From NCBI GenBank assembly GCA_040386535.1, contig JAZKFH010000009.1, positions 64,001-128,000 on the forward strand: a stretch of DNA of 64,000 bases. Direction: 5' to 3'. How positions within the stretch are numbered: position 1 is the stretch's first letter; each line of letters starts with the position of its first letter. Shown piece by piece: positions 38,124 to 46,015 of the stretch. The notes under the pieces were generated by a model. It had not been told where the DNA came from. It was given only the letters and a program-made list of their open reading frames with translations, and ran no database searches. The stretch is from Myxococcota bacterium (GTDB lineage: Bacteria; Myxococcota_A; UBA796; SXON01). Made by a program: the position numbers and the translations under genes.

Positions 38124-39161
38124 TTACCTTCGCGTACCATGTAGCCCCGTGCGGCGCAGCTCGCCCGAGCGATACCGGAACCAGCCGAGGTACTGGTTCC
38201 GCCACCACCGTTCGAAGGTGAGCTTGTCCAGATCGCCGTCGAGCAGCGGGCGGTACAGCTCGTCGCCGTACTCGCGCCCGGAGAGCCAGTCCCGCACCTT
38301 CGCGGTGCCGCCTTCGAGCACGGCGTACTGGGCCCAGCCGAAGGTCCACGAGCCGCAGTTCACGAAGCGGATGCCCTCGTGGAGCACGTTCGCCGGCATG
38401 TGGGAGTGGCCGCAGACGACCGTGGTGGCGCCGCGCTTTCGGGCCTCCTGCACGGCCGGCCGGAACATCAGCATCGGGTCGCCCGCCTCGTTGCGCACCC
38501 AGTAGTCCACGAAGAACTCGGCCTTCTTGACCGGCCCCTCGATGCCGATGCGGCGGAGCATCCGGTTTCGAAGGGTGAGCCAGAGCGTGTACTTGTGGAA
38601 CAACCAGAACGAGACGCGGTTGCCGCGGGTGTAGAAATCGGCGAGGGGCAGGCGGATCCAGGTCCCGAAGGTGTGCTCGATCCAGTGGTGGAACCGCGTG
38701 GCGGTGTCCGACTCGTTCAGGTTCGCGCCGATCCACGGATCGAAGCCGTGGCCGTGCTCGACCAGCGTGTCGTCCCCGATCCAGAGCTCGTCACACACGT
38801 CGAAGCGCAACAGATCCCGGTAGACGTGCAGGTCGTGGTCGTGGTTGCCGACGACGTACCAGACCCCGTTGGTGGCCGCGAGGTCGGCGAAGGCGCGCAG
38901 GAGCTTGCCGTGCGCGCGCAGCACCGCCGTGAAGTCACCCGCCTGGAGGAAATCGATCGCGTCGCCGTTGATGACGAGCGTGGCGCCCGCGGCGCGCACC
39001 TGGTCGAGCAGCGCGAACAGGGCGCGGTCCTTGCCCATGAAGCTGTCGGAGCGGCCCCCGTTGCCGAGGTGGAGATCGGACACGATCCAGACCGGACGGT
39101 CGGCCTTGATGCGGCGCACCACGCGCTCGTGGCGGCCCGCGGACCAGGGATAGTTGCTCAT
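38124..39161 (-). CDS. Metallophosphoesterase, LpxH-like UDP-2,3-diacylglucosamine hydrolase family
   Basis: SDLHLG, NGDAID, GNHD, EHGH, CGHSH and NCGSW. Start MSNYPW at 39161. Confidence 0.85.
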   Translation of the reverse strand: MSNYPWSAGRHERVVRRIKADRPVWIVSDLHLGNGGRSDSFMGKDRALFALLDQVRAAGATLVINGDAIDFLQAGDFTAVLRAHGKLLRAFADLAATNGVWYVVGNHDHDLHVYRDLLRFDVCDELWIGDDTLVEHGHGFDPWIGANLNESDTATRFHHWIEHTFGTWIRLPLADFYTRGNRVSFWLFHKYTLWLTLRNRMLRRIGIEGPVKKAEFFVDYWVRNEAGDPMLMFRPAVQEARKRGATTVVCGHSHMPANVLHEGIRFVNCGSWTFGWAQYAVLEGGTAKVRDWLSGREYGDELYRPLLDGDLDKLTFERWWRNQYLGWFRYRSGELRRTGLHGTRR

Positions 39162-39245
39162 CGGGGACCGGGAGAGGGCACACGCTGAAAATAGCGCGGC
39201 CGCGGCCCCGCGGCGCGGTTCCCGCGCGCCGTGATAGGCGCGCGG

Positions 39246-39824
39246 ATGGCAAAACCAGTAGGTCGTACCCGTTTCCTCGGGTCCTTCGTCGACACCCTCC
39301 CGGAGCCCTCGCTCCCCGAAGTGGCCTTCGCCGGCCGCTCCAACGTAGGCAAGTCCTCCGCGATCAACGCGCTCATCGGCGCGACCGTGGCGCGTGTCGC
39401 CAAGACCCCGGGGCGCACCCAGGCGCTCAACCTGTTCGAGGTCGACGCGGCGTGGATCGCCGTCGATCTGCCCGGATACGGCTACGCCAAGGTCAGCAAG
39501 AGTATGCGCGAGGGCTGGAAGGGGCTCATCGAGGGCTACCTCGGTGACCGGCCCACGCTCCGGCTGGTCGTCTGCCTGGTCGATCCGCGCGTGCCGCCCC
39601 AGGAGATGGACACGAACCTCCTGCACGGCCTCGCCGACGCGGGCATCCCCACGCTCGTGGTGGCGACGAAGATCGACGCCTTCACGCGGACCCGGCGCGC
39701 GGACGCACTCCGCGCGCTCGCCGCCGCCCACGACATCGATCCCGCCCACCTCATCGGCTTCTCGGCGCACGAGGGCATCGGCAAGGACGAGGTCCTCAAC
39801 GCGATACGGGCCGCGGTGCGGTAG
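39246..39824 (+). CDS. engB: Ribosome biogenesis GTPase YihA/YsxC
   Basis: EVAFAGRSNVGKSS, KTPGRT, DLPGYGYAK and TKID. Confidence 0.96.
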   Translation: MAKPVGRTRFLGSFVDTLPEPSLPEVAFAGRSNVGKSSAINALIGATVARVAKTPGRTQALNLFEVDAAWIAVDLPGYGYAKVSKSMREGWKGLIEGYLGDRPTLRLVVCLVDPRVPPQEMDTNLLHGLADAGIPTLVVATKIDAFTRTRRADALRALAAAHDIDPAHLIGFSAHEGIGKDEVLNAIRAAVR

Positions 39825-39856
39825 CACCACGGCCCGTTCGCAAGGCTCAGTGGAGC

Positions 39857-39895
39857 GGAGCGCCTCCCGACTCCAGCGGGTCGGGGCGGCGCTCC
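39857..39895. terminator. GC-rich hairpin between convergent genes
   Basis: GGAGCGCC...GGCGCTCC outer stem with inner CCCGAC/GTCGGG. No U-tract. Confidence 0.45.
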
Positions 39896-39903
39896 TCAGC
39901 CGA

Positions 39904-41931
39904 TCAGAACTCGGTGCCCGGGACCACGACGATGATGTCCAGGGTGTCGAGCAGGATGCTCGAGTCGCCGAGGACGTTCAGCGTGAGCAGGTAGAGCTGA
40001 TCTTCGCTGGTCGCCGCGACGGTGCCGCGGAACGTGAGCGTGAAGGTCAGGATCGCGCCGGAGTCGTCGGCGCCCAGATCCTCGTAGTAGGCCGGGTCGA
40101 TCGAGGTGACGAAGCCGTACTCGTCGCCCTCGACCGAGAGGTCGACGCGGGTGAAGCGGATGCTCGCCACGAGCTGGGTGATGGCCTCGACGATGGTTTC
40201 CCGGAACGCGGCGTTGCTGCCCGACCAGGTCTGCACGACCTCTTCCGCGGCGACGCCGTCCCCGTCGAGATCCGCGAGCGAGCCGGTGGCGTTCGCGAAC
40301 GTGATCATCTGGGGGTAGCCGGTGGTGCCGTTGACCGACACGCCGACGAAGTAGGCGCCGATGTCCGCGAAGGCGGCGACGGCGTCGGACATGCCGGCGT
40401 CGATGGGGCAGCCACCCGGAGTGCCGCTGTAGTATCCGGTGGTCTCGGGATCGCGGAAGTAGTTGTCGCTCGCGACGACGATGATCGGGAGGGCGTACTC
40501 GCGGAACCCGAAGCCGCCGATGACGCCGCCGTCGACCGTGTCGGGGTCGTTCCACTCCCCGCCGGCGCCGCCGAAGGGGTCCGTGGCGTCGGCGATGAAC
40601 GGGTACACGTCGGTCGTCGAGTCGTAGGTGCCGTCACAATCCTGGTCGTACCCGGCGCCGGTGGCGGCCTGGTAGAGGGCCTCGGTGCCGGACTCCGGGC
40701 CGTCGTTGCCGGAGTGGGTGCTCAAGGACGAGAACGCGGACTGCACGGCGGCATCGTCGGTGGTGATCTGCTGGCGCACGTAGAACGGCTTGTCAACGCC
40801 GGGCGAGCCGTAGCCGCCGAAGGCGTAGTCGTCGTGGGCCCCGACACCGTACGCGGCGTCGGGGAGGAGGTCCTCGAGCTCGGAGACGATCTGTGCGAAC
40901 TCGGTCGAGACGGCGGTGATGGTGCCGCCCATGGAGCAGGTGGTGTCGGTGATGAACGCGATGTCGCCGCGCTCGATGTTCAGCTCGAACTCGAAGTTCT
41001 CCTCGACCGTCGTGCGCTCGGGCACGACGACGTAGATACCGTCGATGATGCTGGTGGGGTCGAGCGGGTCGGTCTCGGCCTTGACCTCGCCGCCGTCGGA
41101 GAAGCCGTCTCCGTCGCTGTCCGCGTCGTACGGGTCGGTGCCCATGATGATCTCGTCTTCGTCGCGGAGGCTGTCGCCGTCCGCGTCTTCGTCGGCGTAG
41201 TCGGGGCGGCCGTCACCGTCCGTGTCGCGCGGCGTGACCGTGGGGTCCCCACCGGTGCCGCCCTCGTCGGCGTCGAGGAGGCCGTCGGCGTCGCTGTCGG
41301 CGTCGAGGAAGTCGGGCGTGCCGTCGTCGTCGGAGTCGACCGGGTCGGTCGAGAAGTCGGTGGCGCCGCTCTCGTCGTAGTCGGAGATGCCGTCCCCGTC
41401 AGAGTCGAGGTCGAGGTAGTCGGGGACGGTGTCCCCGTCGGTGTCGGTCGCGACGCCGCCGCTGACCTCGTCCTCATCGGCGATACCGTCATTGTCGTTG
41501 TCGGTGTCCTGGAAGTCGCGGATCTCGTCGCCGTCGGTGTCGATCGCGCCGCCGTCGTCACGGCCGGCCTCGACCGAGTCCGGGACGCCGTTGCCGTCGG
41601 AGTCGTCGTCGAGGAAGTCGTAGACGCCGTCGCCGTCGGAGTCGACGGGGAGCGTTTCGGGGTCGGCGTCGCCGGCCTCGATGATGTCGCGGATGGTGTC
41701 GCCGTCGGCGTCCTTGTCCTCGAAGTTGGGCTTCTCGTCGCCGTCGGCATCACCCTCGCCCTCGTGGATGTCGAGGATGGTGTCCTCGTCAGCGTCCGGC
41801 TGCAGGGGATCCACGTCGACGCCGGAGGTGTCGTCGGTCGTCGACGACGTGTCATCGATCTTCGAGCCGTCCGGGCTGTCACAGCCGTAGAGAGCGAGCG
41901 CCAGGAGGAGGGGGAGTCCGAATCGCGACAT
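39904..41931 (-). CDS. CglD-like lipoprotein: Ca-binding DxDxDG repeats plus VWA domain
   Basis: LALYGC lipobox, many DxDGDGxxD repeats, MIDAS-like DIAFITDTTCSM, DGPESGTEALYQ and GFREYALPIIV. Confidence 0.75.
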   Translation of the reverse strand: MSRFGLPLLLALALYGCDSPDGSKIDDTSSTTDDTSGVDVDPLQPDADEDTILDIHEGEGDADGDEKPNFEDKDADGDTIRDIIEAGDADPETLPVDSDGDGVYDFLDDDSDGNGVPDSVEAGRDDGGAIDTDGDEIRDFQDTDNDNDGIADEDEVSGGVATDTDGDTVPDYLDLDSDGDGISDYDESGATDFSTDPVDSDDDGTPDFLDADSDADGLLDADEGGTGGDPTVTPRDTDGDGRPDYADEDADGDSLRDEDEIIMGTDPYDADSDGDGFSDGGEVKAETDPLDPTSIIDGIYVVVPERTTVEENFEFELNIERGDIAFITDTTCSMGGTITAVSTEFAQIVSELEDLLPDAAYGVGAHDDYAFGGYGSPGVDKPFYVRQQITTDDAAVQSAFSSLSTHSGNDGPESGTEALYQAATGAGYDQDCDGTYDSTTDVYPFIADATDPFGGAGGEWNDPDTVDGGVIGGFGFREYALPIIVVASDNYFRDPETTGYYSGTPGGCPIDAGMSDAVAAFADIGAYFVGVSVNGTTGYPQMITFANATGSLADLDGDGVAAEEVVQTWSGSNAAFRETIVEAITQLVASIRFTRVDLSVEGDEYGFVTSIDPAYYEDLGADDSGAILTFTLTFRGTVAATSEDQLYLLTLNVLGDSSILLDTLDIIVVVPGTEF

Positions 41932-42008
41932 GGAGCACACCGGGAGGCTCCTACGATAGACCAAGTTCGGTTCACGGTGCTACCTCTACGCGAGGTTGAG
42001 GATCAAAA

Positions 42009-42593
42009 ATGGGATACGATCGGGCGGACTCCTGGACGAGACGGGCGAAGGCGGCCGGTTTTCCGGCGCGAAGCGTCTTCAAACTGGAGGAGATCGACAC
42101 CCGCCACCACGTCGTTCCCGCTACGGGGGTGGCGGTCGACCTCGGTTGTTTTCCGGGGAGTTGGAGCAAATGGCTCCTGGGGCGCGGCGTCCGGGTCGTC
42201 GGCGTCGACCTGAAGGCGCCCGAGCTGCCGGGCGGCAAGTGGATCGTCGGCTCCGTGATGGACGTCGAGGCCGCCACGCTCGTGGAGGCGGCCGGCGGGC
42301 GCGCCGATCTCGTCGTGAGCGATCTGGCGCCGAACACCACCGGCCAGCGCCTGGTCGACCACGTGCGTCAGATCGCCCTGGCCGACCGCGCCCTGTCCTT
42401 GGCCGTCGAGATCGGCCGGCCGGGGAGCCACTTCGTCTGCAAGGTGTTCGACGGGGAGGACGCGGGCGCGTTCGTCGAGCGGGTGCGGGCGGCCTACGCG
42501 GACGTGAAACGCCTGAAGCCCGACGCGACGCGCGGGAGCAGCATCGAGTTCTTCGTGGTGGCGAAGGGGCTCAAGGCGCCGAAGGCGGCCTGA
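42009..42593 (+). CDS. rlmE: 23S rRNA methyltransferase RlmE (FtsJ/RrmJ)
   Basis: ARSVFKLEEID, VDLGCFPGSW, SDLAPNTTG, KVFDG and KP.ATR.SS.E (K-D-K-E tetrad). Confidence 0.93.
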   Translation: MGYDRADSWTRRAKAAGFPARSVFKLEEIDTRHHVVPATGVAVDLGCFPGSWSKWLLGRGVRVVGVDLKAPELPGGKWIVGSVMDVEAATLVEAAGGRADLVVSDLAPNTTGQRLVDHVRQIALADRALSLAVEIGRPGSHFVCKVFDGEDAGAFVERVRAAYADVKRLKPDATRGSSIEFFVVAKGLKAPKAA

Positions 42594-42607
42594 TCACTCC
42601 GGCCTGA

Positions 42608-43723
42608 TCATTCGGCCCGGGCGGGCGCGCGTGCGGTGAGCATCGCGAAGAGGATCGCGTCCGCGAGCGGGGCGCCGCCGAGGGCCGCGCCGGTCTTCCA
42701 GTGGCGCACGCCGCCGGTGTCGACGGGCGCGCCCATGACCGTGGCGGTGCGCGTGAGCGCCTCGGCGGTGGCGAGGTCGCCCGTGGCGCGCGCCGCGCCG
42801 ATGGCAAACCCGGTGGCCGAGACGCCGAAGCCCGCGATGATCGGCCCGGAGTCGATGTCGCCCTTGCCGTTCTGCCCCTTGGGGTACTCCCGCATCACCC
42901 CCAGGCCCCCCACGGTGTCGTAGAGGGCGGCGCGCCCGCCCTGGTAGAGCTCCGCGGCGAGCGCGGTGTCCCAGAAGGAGAGGAAGTACGCGGCGAGGAA
43001 GGTGCCGGAGCCGCGCGGCGCGTCCGCGGGGGCTCCGTCCCGCCACACGGACTGGACGAGCAGGCCATCGACGCGGTAGCGGGCCCGGAGCGTGGTGGTC
43101 CAGGTCGTGAGCAGCGCGCCGTGGTCCGCGCCGGTGACCCGGTCGTAGAGGCCGATGCTGGCGATGCCCGCGGCCACGTCGACCGGGTAACGTTCGGCCG
43201 GGTAGGTCTCGGGGAGGCTGGTCTCGTCGGCGGCGATGCGCCGCGCGAGGGCCTCGGTGAGCGCGTCGTTCACCCCGGCGAAGCGCGACGCTGGATCGAG
43301 CGAGCGGTGCAGCGACAGGACGAGGTTCGTGTAGCCGAGCCAGGCGGCGTGGCCGCGGTCGTCGGCGAGCGTCGTGAGCGGGTCGGCGCTCCACTTGCGG
43401 GCGTCGAAGGCGCGGCCCGCCTCGGAGAGCATCACGTCGATGCAGCGCTCCATGTGGGCGAGATCGGCGGCGCGGGCCTCGGGGTGGGCCGCCGCGTGCT
43501 GCGCGAAGCCGAACGCGGCCATCTGGCAGGTGCCGAAGTGCCACTCCTCGTCGAACAGGGCGCTGCCGGTGCCGAAGTTCCCGGTCGTCACGCCGGCGTC
43601 GACCCACTCGGCCACACCGGCGGCCAACCGATCGTCGAGCGGCGGCTCACCGACACGCTCGGCGGCGTACGCGAGGGGGACGAGGAGCGCGCCGAGGAGC
43701 AGGAAGCGGCGGAGGTGGTGCAT
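42608..43723 (-). CDS. Linalool dehydratase/isomerase-like exported protein
   Basis: Signal-like N-terminus; ETYPAERYPVD, RGSG, REYP and DIDSGPIIAGFGVSATGFAIGAAR resemble Ldi-like alpha/alpha-barrel proteins. Confidence 0.6.
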   Translation of the reverse strand: MHHLRRFLLLGALLVPLAYAAERVGEPPLDDRLAAGVAEWVDAGVTTGNFGTGSALFDEEWHFGTCQMAAFGFAQHAAAHPEARAADLAHMERCIDVMLSEAGRAFDARKWSADPLTTLADDRGHAAWLGYTNLVLSLHRSLDPASRFAGVNDALTEALARRIAADETSLPETYPAERYPVDVAAGIASIGLYDRVTGADHGALLTTWTTTLRARYRVDGLLVQSVWRDGAPADAPRGSGTFLAAYFLSFWDTALAAELYQGGRAALYDTVGGLGVMREYPKGQNGKGDIDSGPIIAGFGVSATGFAIGAARATGDLATAEALTRTATVMGAPVDTGGVRHWKTGAALGGAPLADAILFAMLTARAPARAE

Positions 43724-43816
43724 TCCTCCAACGTAGACGGCGGCGGTGCGTTCGGGGGCACGGACTCGTGGCGGGCGGGAGGCGGGTGCGTGCAGAGCGT
43801 GTGCAGGGGGGGGGGC

Positions 43817-44230
43817 GGCAGAATCAGGAAGGCAGAGTCGGGAAGGCAGGAAGAGAGGCATGAAGAGAGGCAGGAGGAGGGGAGAAGGCAGAATCAGGAA
43901 GGCAGGAAGAGAGCCAGGAAGGCAGGAAACGAGGCAGGAAGGCAGGCAGGAAGGCAGGAGGAGTGGCAGGAGGAGAGGCAGGAAGGCAGGAAGGCAGGAA
44001 GGCAGGAAACGAGGCAGGAGGAGGGGAGAAGGCAGAATCAGGAAGGCAGGAAGAGAGCCAGGAAGGCAGGAAACGAGGCAGGAAGGCAGGAAGAGAGGCA
44101 GGAAGGCAGGAGGAGAGGCAGGAGGAGAGGCAGGAGGAGAGGCAGGAAGGCAGGAAACGAGGCAGGAGGAGAGGAGAAGGCAGAATCAGGAAGGCAGGAA
44201 GTGAGGAAGGCAGGAGGTCGGAAGGAGGAA
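43817..44230 (+). repeat. Purine-rich (GGCAGGAA)n-based repeat array
   Basis: Dozens of CAGGA(A/G)G units. GAATCAGGAAGGCAG at 43821, 43891, 44035 and 44183; exact 80-bp duplication 43867-43946 = 44011-44090. Confidence 0.95.
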
Positions 44231-44398
44231 CATCGGCCTTCGGACCTCGGACTTGGCGCGTCGTGTCCCGCGGACACGTGGGCGTGCCCTCCGTGCTGGA
44301 GAGTGCGTCACACGCGGAAGGCGAGGGGCACCATCACGGGCTCCCGCCGATCGCCCTCCCCACGCCATTGCGGAGAGAGGCGCGGCAGGGGCGCGCAA

Positions 44399-44528
44399 GG
44401 CGGCCGCGCTCGGGCGGCCGGTCCCGCCCGCCTCACGGCGTTGTCAGAACGACCGAGGAGGCGGGCGGACCGAGCGCAGCGAGCCTGGAGCCGACCCGAC
44501 GGCGGCGTCCGCGGCGCCGGGCCGCCCG
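44399..44528. other. Structured multi-hairpin element, copy 1
   Basis: Aligns with 61182-61284; same stems, same bulge and the same linker sequences. Confidence 0.7.
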
Positions 44529-44549
44529 GTGTTGCCGGAGGGGGACGGA

Positions 44550-46013
44550 CTAGCTGGCGGAGGAGCTGTCGCCCACGCTCTCGGCCCAACGGGCGAGCGT
44601 GCGGACCATCGTGCCGGTGCCACCGGGGGCGTAGTGCATCAGCGCCGCGTCGAGGAAGGCGGGGCCGGCGATGTCGATGTGGGCCCAGTTCTCGAGCGTG
44701 GTGAACTCGGCGAGGAACAGCGCCGCCGTGATGCTGCCGCCCGCGCGGCCGCCCACGTTCTTGATGTCGCCGTACTCGGCCTTGATCTTGTCCTTGTAGA
44801 GATCCGGCAGCGGCATGCGCCACACGCCCTCGCCGGCTTCACCCGCGCGCGCGGTGAGCGTGCCCGCGAGCGTGTCGGAGCGGGTGTAGAGCGCGGAGTA
44901 CCAGTCACCCAGCGCCACGACGGCGGCGCCGGTGAGCGTCGCGAGGTCGACCAGGGCGTCGGGCTGGAGCTCGGTCGCGTAGGAGAGGCAGTCGGCCAGG
45001 ACGAGGCGGCCCTCGGCGTCGGTGTTGTGGATCTCGACGTTCTTGCCGTTGTACATCTTGAGGATGTCGCCCAGCTTGTAGCTGGTGCCGCTCGGCATGT
45101 TCTCGACGGCGCCGACGATCGCGGTGACCTTGACGGCGGGCGCGAGGGCCGCGATGGCCTTCATCGCGCCGATGACCGCGGCGGCGCCGGCCATGTCGCA
45201 GCGCATCGTCATCATGCCCTCGCTCGGCTTGAGCGAGAGGCCGCCCGAGTCGAACGTGACGCCCTTGCCGACGAACGCGATGTGGCCCTTGGACTCGCCC
45301 TTGGGCGTGTAGGTCATGTGGATGAAGCGCGGCGGGCGCGCGGAGCCCTTGCCGACGCCGTAGATGCCGCCCATGCCCTTCTCGCGGATGGCGGTCTCGT
45401 CGAGCACGAGGACGCTGACGGTGTCGGACTCGAGGCTCTTTGCGACGGCGGCGAGGGACTCGGGGTAGATCTCGTCGGCGGGCTCGTTCACGAGATCCCG
45501 GGCGAGCTCCTGGCCGGCCACGAGCGCGAGGGAGCGGGCGACCGCGGTCTTGTCGTCCTGGAGGCCGACGAACACCACGGACTCGGCCGCGGCCTTCTTG
45601 CCGGTGGACTTGTACTTGTCGAACTTGTAGTTGCCCTCGGCGAAGGCCTCGATGGCGGCGCGTAGCTCGGCGCTGCCGACGGTGGAGTCGGGGAACGCGA
45701 GGGCGATCTTCTTCGCGCCGCGCGCGCGGCCTTCCTTGCCTGCGCTGCCGGCGGCGGCGCGCACGTCGGCGAGGGTGCCGGCGCCGATGCCGACGAGGAG
45801 CACGCGCGTGGCGGCGATGCGGCCGTAGGTGGGCGCGCCGAGGGTGCTGCCGGGCTTGCCGGTGAACTCCTCGTCCGTTGCGACGGCCGTGAGCGGCGCG
45901 GCGAAGTCGCCCAGGCCGGCGAGCGTGCCCGCGACCTTGTCGGCGGGGACGCCGATCACGAGGAGGTCGGCCTGGGTCTGGGCGAGGGAGGAGGAGGCGA
46001 AGGCGACGCGCAT
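44550..46013 (-). CDS. pepA: Leucyl aminopeptidase (M17)
   Basis: VGKGVTFDSGGLSLKP, DMAGAA, NTDAEGRL, ATLTGA and WAHIDIAG. Start ATG 46013 or GTG 46019. Confidence 0.95.
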   Translation of the reverse strand: MRVAFASSSLAQTQADLLVIGVPADKVAGTLAGLGDFAAPLTAVATDEEFTGKPGSTLGAPTYGRIAATRVLLVGIGAGTLADVRAAAGSAGKEGRARGAKKIALAFPDSTVGSAELRAAIEAFAEGNYKFDKYKSTGKKAAAESVVFVGLQDDKTAVARSLALVAGQELARDLVNEPADEIYPESLAAVAKSLESDTVSVLVLDETAIREKGMGGIYGVGKGSARPPRFIHMTYTPKGESKGHIAFVGKGVTFDSGGLSLKPSEGMMTMRCDMAGAAAVIGAMKAIAALAPAVKVTAIVGAVENMPSGTSYKLGDILKMYNGKNVEIHNTDAEGRLVLADCLSYATELQPDALVDLATLTGAAVVALGDWYSALYTRSDTLAGTLTARAGEAGEGVWRMPLPDLYKDKIKAEYGDIKNVGGRAGGSITAALFLAEFTTLENWAHIDIAGPAFLDAALMHYAPGGTGTMVRTLARWAESVGDSSSAS

Positions 46014-46015
46014 GG

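Noticed and set aside
43746..44553. ORFs across the purine array, and the 43861 start for the Ldi-like gene
   Set aside because: Translations are QEGR/RKAG/LPS repeats arising from the DNA repeat; no RBS or codon-bias support.
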